From Planctomycetales bacterium (GTDB taxonomy: Bacteria > 4484-113 > JAFGCY01), in NCBI GenBank assembly GCA_022646745.1, contig CP060262.1, positions 2,940,001 to 2,972,000 on the forward strand: a stretch of DNA of 32,000 nt, written 5' to 3'. Position 1 is the first letter of the stretch; each line of letters starts with the position of its first letter. The translations under genes were made by a program, and so were the position numbers. Shown here piece after piece: positions 30,179 through 32,000 of the stretch. The notes under the pieces are model-generated. The model searched no databases. It was given only the letters and a program-made list of their open reading frames with translations, and was not told where the DNA came from.

Positions 30179-30688
30179 GTGATCTATGAAATCGTGAAGG
30201 TGCCCGCCAAGATCCTGCGCCGCCAGTGCAAGCGCATTACTGCTGCCGACGGCATGGACCTGCTCGCGCTGTGGCATGACATGTCCGAAACGATGCAGGA
30301 GGCCCACGGGGTCGGCCTGGCTGCGCCGCAGATTGACAAGGGTATCCGCTTCCTGGTGGCCCATGATGTCGAGACCGGCGAGACTCATCCCTTCGTCAAT
30401 CCGGAGATCGTCGCCGTCAGCGAGGAGGAGGAAGTGCTCAGCGAGGGCTGCCTCTCTATCCCTGGCCTGCGCGGTGACATCTCGCGCCACCTCGGCATCA
30501 TCATGCGCTTCCAGGACCTCGAGTTCAGGCAGCATGAGGCCGAGTTCCAGGGCTTTTTCGCCCGCGTGCTGCAGCACGAGGTGGACCACCTGAACGGCAT
30601 CCTGATCAGTGACCGTGCTATCAACGGCATGCATGAGGACACCGATGAGGATGATGAGGAACAGGAAGACGGGGCAGGGCAGATCTGA
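30179..30688 (+). CDS. def: Peptide deformylase
   Basis: All three PDF motifs are present: GVGLAAPQI, EGCLSIPG, HEVDHLNG. It has an acidic C-terminal tail. Confidence 0.92.
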   Translation: MIYEIVKVPAKILRRQCKRITAADGMDLLALWHDMSETMQEAHGVGLAAPQIDKGIRFLVAHDVETGETHPFVNPEIVAVSEEEEVLSEGCLSIPGLRGDISRHLGIIMRFQDLEFRQHEAEFQGFFARVLQHEVDHLNGILISDRAINGMHEDTDEDDEEQEDGAGQI

Positions 30689-31734
30689 TGCCCGATGACG
30701 GCCCGCGCATGATGAACCTCTCCGCCCTGCGCGGGGACAGCGAGTTCAATTCGCTGCGTCCCCAGCGCTTTGCGGACTTCGCCGGCCAGAAGCAGGTTGT
30801 TGACAACCTGTCAGTGATGATCGACGCCGCCCGCATCCGCCAGGAGCCTGTTGAGCACATCCTGTTCAGCGGACCGCCGGGGCTCGGCAAGACAACCCTT
30901 GCACACCTGATCGCCAACGAGATGCAGACCACGCTCGTTGCCAGCAGTGGCCCGCTGATGGACAAGCCGGGCGACCTGGTGGCGATCCTCTCCAGCCTGT
31001 CCACCGGACAGGTGTTCTTCCTCGATGAGATCCACCGCCTGCCGCGCACCGTGGAGGAGACGCTCTACAGCGCGATGGAGGACTTCAAGGTGGACATCGT
31101 GACCGGCAGCGGCCCGGGGGCACGGACGATCACCCTGCCGCTGGAGCGCTTCACGCTGGTCGGTGCCACCACGCGCTCCGGCATGCTGAGTGCCCCGCTG
31201 CGCGACCGTTTCGGCGGCCAGTTCCACCTAGAGTTCTACACTCCGGAGGAACTGGCAACCATCATCAGCCGAGCCACCGCCGGGATGGAGCTCGAGATTG
31301 ACGACAAGGCCCGGCTGTTCCTCGCGGCCCACAGCCGTGGCACGCCGCGCATCGCCCTGCGCCTGCTGCGCCGTGTGCGCGACTTCGTGCAGGTCAGCGG
31401 CGAGGTGCGCATCACTGAGCAGAGTGCCCGTGACGCCCTGGAGCGCATCGGCATCGGCGCGCTCGGCCTCGACAGGATGGACCGCGAGATCCTGGTTGCC
31501 ATCATCCAGCGCTTCAGCGGCGGGCCGGTCGGGCTCGAGACGCTGTCAGCGGTGTTCCATGAGGAGAAGGATGTGCTGGCCGAGGTGCATGAGCCCTACA
31601 TGCTAAAGCTCGGGCTGCTGGCCCGCACTCCGCGGGGAAGGGTGGCAACTGCGCGGGCCTACGAGTACCTCGGGCTGGTAGTGCCGAAGGACCTGCCGGC
31701 AGCTCCGCTGTTTGACGACGAGTCCGGAGACTAG
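30688..31734 (+). CDS. ruvB: Holliday junction branch migration ATPase RuvB
   Basis: LRPQRFADFAGQ, FSGPPGLGKTTLA (Walker A), VFFLDEIHRL (Walker B), GATTRSG, GTPRIALRLLRRVRD. The ATG overlaps the def stop (TGATG). Confidence 0.93.
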   Translation: MPDDGPRMMNLSALRGDSEFNSLRPQRFADFAGQKQVVDNLSVMIDAARIRQEPVEHILFSGPPGLGKTTLAHLIANEMQTTLVASSGPLMDKPGDLVAILSSLSTGQVFFLDEIHRLPRTVEETLYSAMEDFKVDIVTGSGPGARTITLPLERFTLVGATTRSGMLSAPLRDRFGGQFHLEFYTPEELATIISRATAGMELEIDDKARLFLAAHSRGTPRIALRLLRRVRDFVQVSGEVRITEQSARDALERIGIGALGLDRMDREILVAIIQRFSGGPVGLETLSAVFHEEKDVLAEVHEPYMLKLGLLARTPRGRVATARAYEYLGLVVPKDLPAAPLFDDESGD

Positions 31735-32000
31735 ACCGTCCCGCCTTCGCCTTCGTCATGCCCGTCATCCGGCTCCGGATCGGGGCGGAATTCCCAGCGG
31801 CGCAGCAGCCATTCACCGTTCTGGCGCTCGAACTGCAGGTAATCGTTGTCAGTCGCCACCCGTACCTCAGGCGGCACGATGTCAGGCATCTGCGAGGTGT
31901 AGTCACTGGTGCAGTGCGCCGTGGCGATGTCGCCGTCCAGTTCCAGGCCGACCATCACCAGCTCGAACTGGATGTTGGCATTGTCCTCGAACACCTTGGC
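31731..32000 (-). CDS. Hypothetical protein (N-terminus outside the window), possibly an NTF2/SnoaL-like fold
   Basis: The ORF is open to the window edge. Its stop overlaps the ruvB stop in CTAG. The fold guess rests only on the ...YLQFERQNGEWLLRRWEF pattern. Confidence 0.55.
   Translation of the reverse strand, partial: AKVFEDNANIQFELVMVGLELDGDIATAHCTSDYTSQMPDIVPPEVRVATDNDYLQFERQNGEWLLRRWEFRPDPEPDDGHDEGEGGTV

Overview
GC-rich bacterial chromosomal segment. I found no rRNA, CRISPR array, transposase, integrase or phage gene. I call 35 protein-coding regions (two cut by the window edges, one micro-ORF) and one tRNA-Arg(CCG). All family calls come from motifs read by eye; no database search was possible. 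Recognisable housekeeping genes are a methylcrotonyl-CoA-carboxylase-type carboxyltransferase, type II NADH dehydrogenase, an HD-GYP-type phosphodiesterase, miaA, a stand-alone 5'-3' exonuclease, def, ruvB, a YgjP/M48-like peptidase and a phosphodiester glycosidase. Much of the rest consists of four separate paralog arrays: (i) four copies of an unknown all-alpha ~260-aa protein around a 1074-aa lipoprotein; (ii) three DinB-family genes; (iii) three small polytopic membrane proteins; (iv) four GspG-like (pseudopilin-fold) proteins next to the tRNA. A DUF4259/Imm26-like fusion protein and an ankyrin-repeat protein lie between the arrays. The non-coding DNA is the most unusual part, for four reasons. 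First, most long spacers carry their own short 7-nt (or 6-nt) periodic tandem tract, often as inverted pairs. Second, there are several families of GC-rich hairpin modules, including a twin-hairpin element with compensatory changes and a ~90-105 nt element with an 11-bp stem. Third, at least 16 genes plus the tRNA have a TAnnnT -10-like hexamer 6-10 nt before the start, which implies mostly leaderless transcription. Fourth, three convergent gene pairs share overlapping stop codons. No canonical defence, toxin or mobile system is recognisable. The candidates for something new are the paralog arrays and the spacer repeat architecture.
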